Positions 35,022-35,495 of a DNA stretch of 35,495 nt are shown here, piece by piece. Position numbers and translations under genes: made by a program. Below the pieces are notes generated by a model, which made no database searches, had not been told where the DNA came from, and was given only the letters and a program-made list of their open reading frames with translations. The number at the start of each line of letters is the position of its first letter. Positions within the stretch are counted from its first letter, which is position 1. This stretch comes from a virus (lineage: Duplodnaviria; Caudoviricetes), in IMG/VR virus record IMGVR_UViG_3300035670_000736, positions 1 through 35,495 of that record; one strand, 5' to 3'.

Positions 35022-35257
35022 CAATGAACTACAAAGATTTACTTGAGCCAAGAAAAGAGGGTTATACTGATTACGAGGTAGCCGCCTCTATTCGTAACTA
35101 TAGAAATAGAGAGCTTGCGGCATCTGACTACACTCAACTTCCTGACGTAGACCTTCCTAACAAATGGGATTGGGCAGTCTATCGCCAAGCATTGCGTGAC
35201 ATGATGCAGCAGAATGACGATCCAAAACTTATCGTATTTCCTGAGCCGCCAAAGTGA
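35018..35257 (+). CDS. Tail fibre assembly chaperone
   Basis: RNRELAASDYTQLPD...WAVYRQALRD...FPEPP. Confidence 0.85.
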   Translation: MTMNYKDLLEPRKEGYTDYEVAASIRNYRNRELAASDYTQLPDVDLPNKWDWAVYRQALRDMMQQNDDPKLIVFPEPPK

Positions 35258-35495
35258 AAACGCTAAGGCTCATCAGAGTTACAGAGCACAACGGCGCTAC
35301 GTTTGGTGTGCTTTGTATTGATGATGCGCCTTCGTTTCTGACTTTAGAAGATGCCTGGAGGGATAACGAAAGTAACATCTCTTGCATCCCGATAGGTCGA
35401 TACAAGATTGTTCGCCACAAATCGCCTAAGTTTGGAACGGTGTTTAAGGTGCTTGATGTGCCAGAGCGGGAGCACATCTTAATTCATGCGGGTAA
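35254..35495 (+). CDS. DUF5675-like (L,D-peptidase-type) putative endolysin, 5' part; continues across the join to the stop at 305
   Basis: GTG at 35254 overlaps the upstream stop (GTGA); reads MKTLRLIRVTEHNGATFGVLCIDDAPSFLTLEDAWRDNESNISCIPIGRYKI... into the 72..305 frame. Confidence 0.75.
   Translation, partial: MKTLRLIRVTEHNGATFGVLCIDDAPSFLTLEDAWRDNESNISCIPIGRYKIVRHKSPKFGTVFKVLDVPEREHILIHAG
35369..35495. repeat. Terminal direct repeat, right copy
   Basis: Identical to 1-127. Confidence 0.95.

Overview
The window is an apparently complete circular ~35.4-kb tailed-phage genome. Bases 1-127 are identical to 35369-35495 (unit length 35,368 bp), and one ORF reads in frame across the join. The morphogenesis module looks podovirus/P22-like: TerS, small accessory ORFs, TerL, portal, fibre-like proteins, scaffold, major capsid, adaptor, gp10-like hub, ejection proteins with an SLT domain, tail fibre, chaperone and a lysis cassette with a DUF5675-type peptidase. 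The early/replication side carries an Ocr-like acidic protein, Bet recombinase, an SSB-like protein, an initiator with internal iterons, a resolvase, HTH regulators and tRNA-Asn(GTT). I see no integrase, DNA polymerase or helicase. The standout feature is TerL, which carries two inteins. The first is a Gly-initiated class-3-type (W-C-T) LAGLIDADG intein in Walker A. The second, next to Walker B, has no recognisable endonuclease on the sense strand, but its opposite strand encodes an intact HNH + triple-HTH protein. Also notable are a stand-alone paralogue of part of the phage's own major capsid protein, a candidate anti-RBS sRNA, two operator-like motif families and a duplicated fibre module with different tips. 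All family calls come from motifs recognised by eye; no searches were run.
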